A stretch of 22,326 nucleotides of DNA, from NCBI GenBank assembly GCA_035387745.1, contig DAOOON010000003.1, positions 26,503 through 48,828 of the forward strand, in the 5' to 3' direction. Shown here piece after piece: positions 22,195 to 22,326 of the stretch. The translations under genes were made by a program, and so were the position numbers. The first letter of the stretch is position 1. Each line of letters starts with the position of its first letter. The DNA comes from an archaeon (lineage in GTDB: Archaea; Iainarchaeota; Iainarchaeia; Iainarchaeales; CSSED10-239). A model generated the notes under the pieces. It had not been told where the DNA came from. It searched no databases and was given only the letters and a program-made list of their open reading frames with translations.

Positions 22195-22326
22195 AAATCG
22201 AAGGTCAATTAAAGGTCTTTTTCTTTAACCTGTCAACATCAAAGCTGTCGTCAGATTAAAAATATAATATTATAGAATAATTATAGAATCAAAATGTTTA
22301 TAAATAGAAAGGAAAAAAAAGAAAAA

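Noticed and set aside
22294-22326. A plus-strand gene may start at the window edge (ATG TTT ATA AAT AGA AAG GAA..., MFINRKEKKEK).
   Set aside because: Only 11 codons are visible in an A-rich tract, which is too little to support a feature. It is mentioned only as context for the upstream spacer.
1-22326. I looked for defence systems, integrases or transposases, terminal inverted repeats, toxin-antitoxin pairs, introns in the tRNA, stop-codon reassignment and frameshifted or split core genes.
   Set aside because: None was found. Every gap over 25 nt was translated or inspected. All core genes are intact single ORFs. TAA, TAG and TGA all terminate conserved proteins at expected lengths, and the tRNA folds without an intron.

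Overview
All recognisable genes in this 22.3-kb, visibly AT-rich window are on the minus strand: 39 protein genes and 1 tRNA. Positions 2.9-22.0 kb hold the archaeal ribosomal-protein supercluster as one unbroken array: rpl3-rpl4-rpl23-rpl2-rps19-rpl22-rps3-rpl29-aSUI1-rnp1(Rpp29)-rps17-rpl14-rpl24-rps4e-rpl5-rps14-rps8-rpl6-rpl32e-rpl19e-rpl18-rps5-rpl30-rpl15-secY-DUF106-rpl34e-rpl14e-rps13-rps4-rps11-rpoD-tRNA-Leu(UAA)-rpl18e-rpl13-rps9-rpoN-rps2. Downstream lie a TrmB-family regulator (2127-2852) and a large surface-protein gene that runs off the window (1-1987). The e-type ribosomal proteins, RpoD/RpoN, aSUI1 and Rpp29 make the organism archaeal. The tight packing, miniaturised eL14 and Rpp29, absence of adk/cmk/rpoK from their usual slots and Lys/Glu-rich tails suggest a small-genome, possibly DPANN-like, archaeon. 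That placement is inference only. Stops TAA, TAG and TGA are all used, so the genetic code is standard. Two real genes are missing from the ORF track because they are under 60 aa: rps14 (14100-14273) and a 52-aa rpl14e (7876-8034). The surface-protein gene is also missing because it has no stop in the window. Several track ORFs start at a GTG or TTG that sits inside the Shine-Dalgarno motif GGTGA(T), so I moved those starts to the next ATG. I see no defence system, mobile element, CRISPR array or other clearly new multi-gene system, and most of the window is ordinary conserved core. The most interesting locus is the accessory end (1-2900). It encodes a pilin-like-signal plus DUF285/BspA-type LRR protein whose coding repeats have nucleotide-identical cores, next to a TrmB regulator. 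Secondary curiosities are a GC-rich Ala/Pro/Thr/Arg tail on uS2, a full 2x[4Fe-4S] motif set in RpoD, stop codons embedded in downstream SD motifs, and an unassigned spacer with a perfect hairpin upstream of rpl3.
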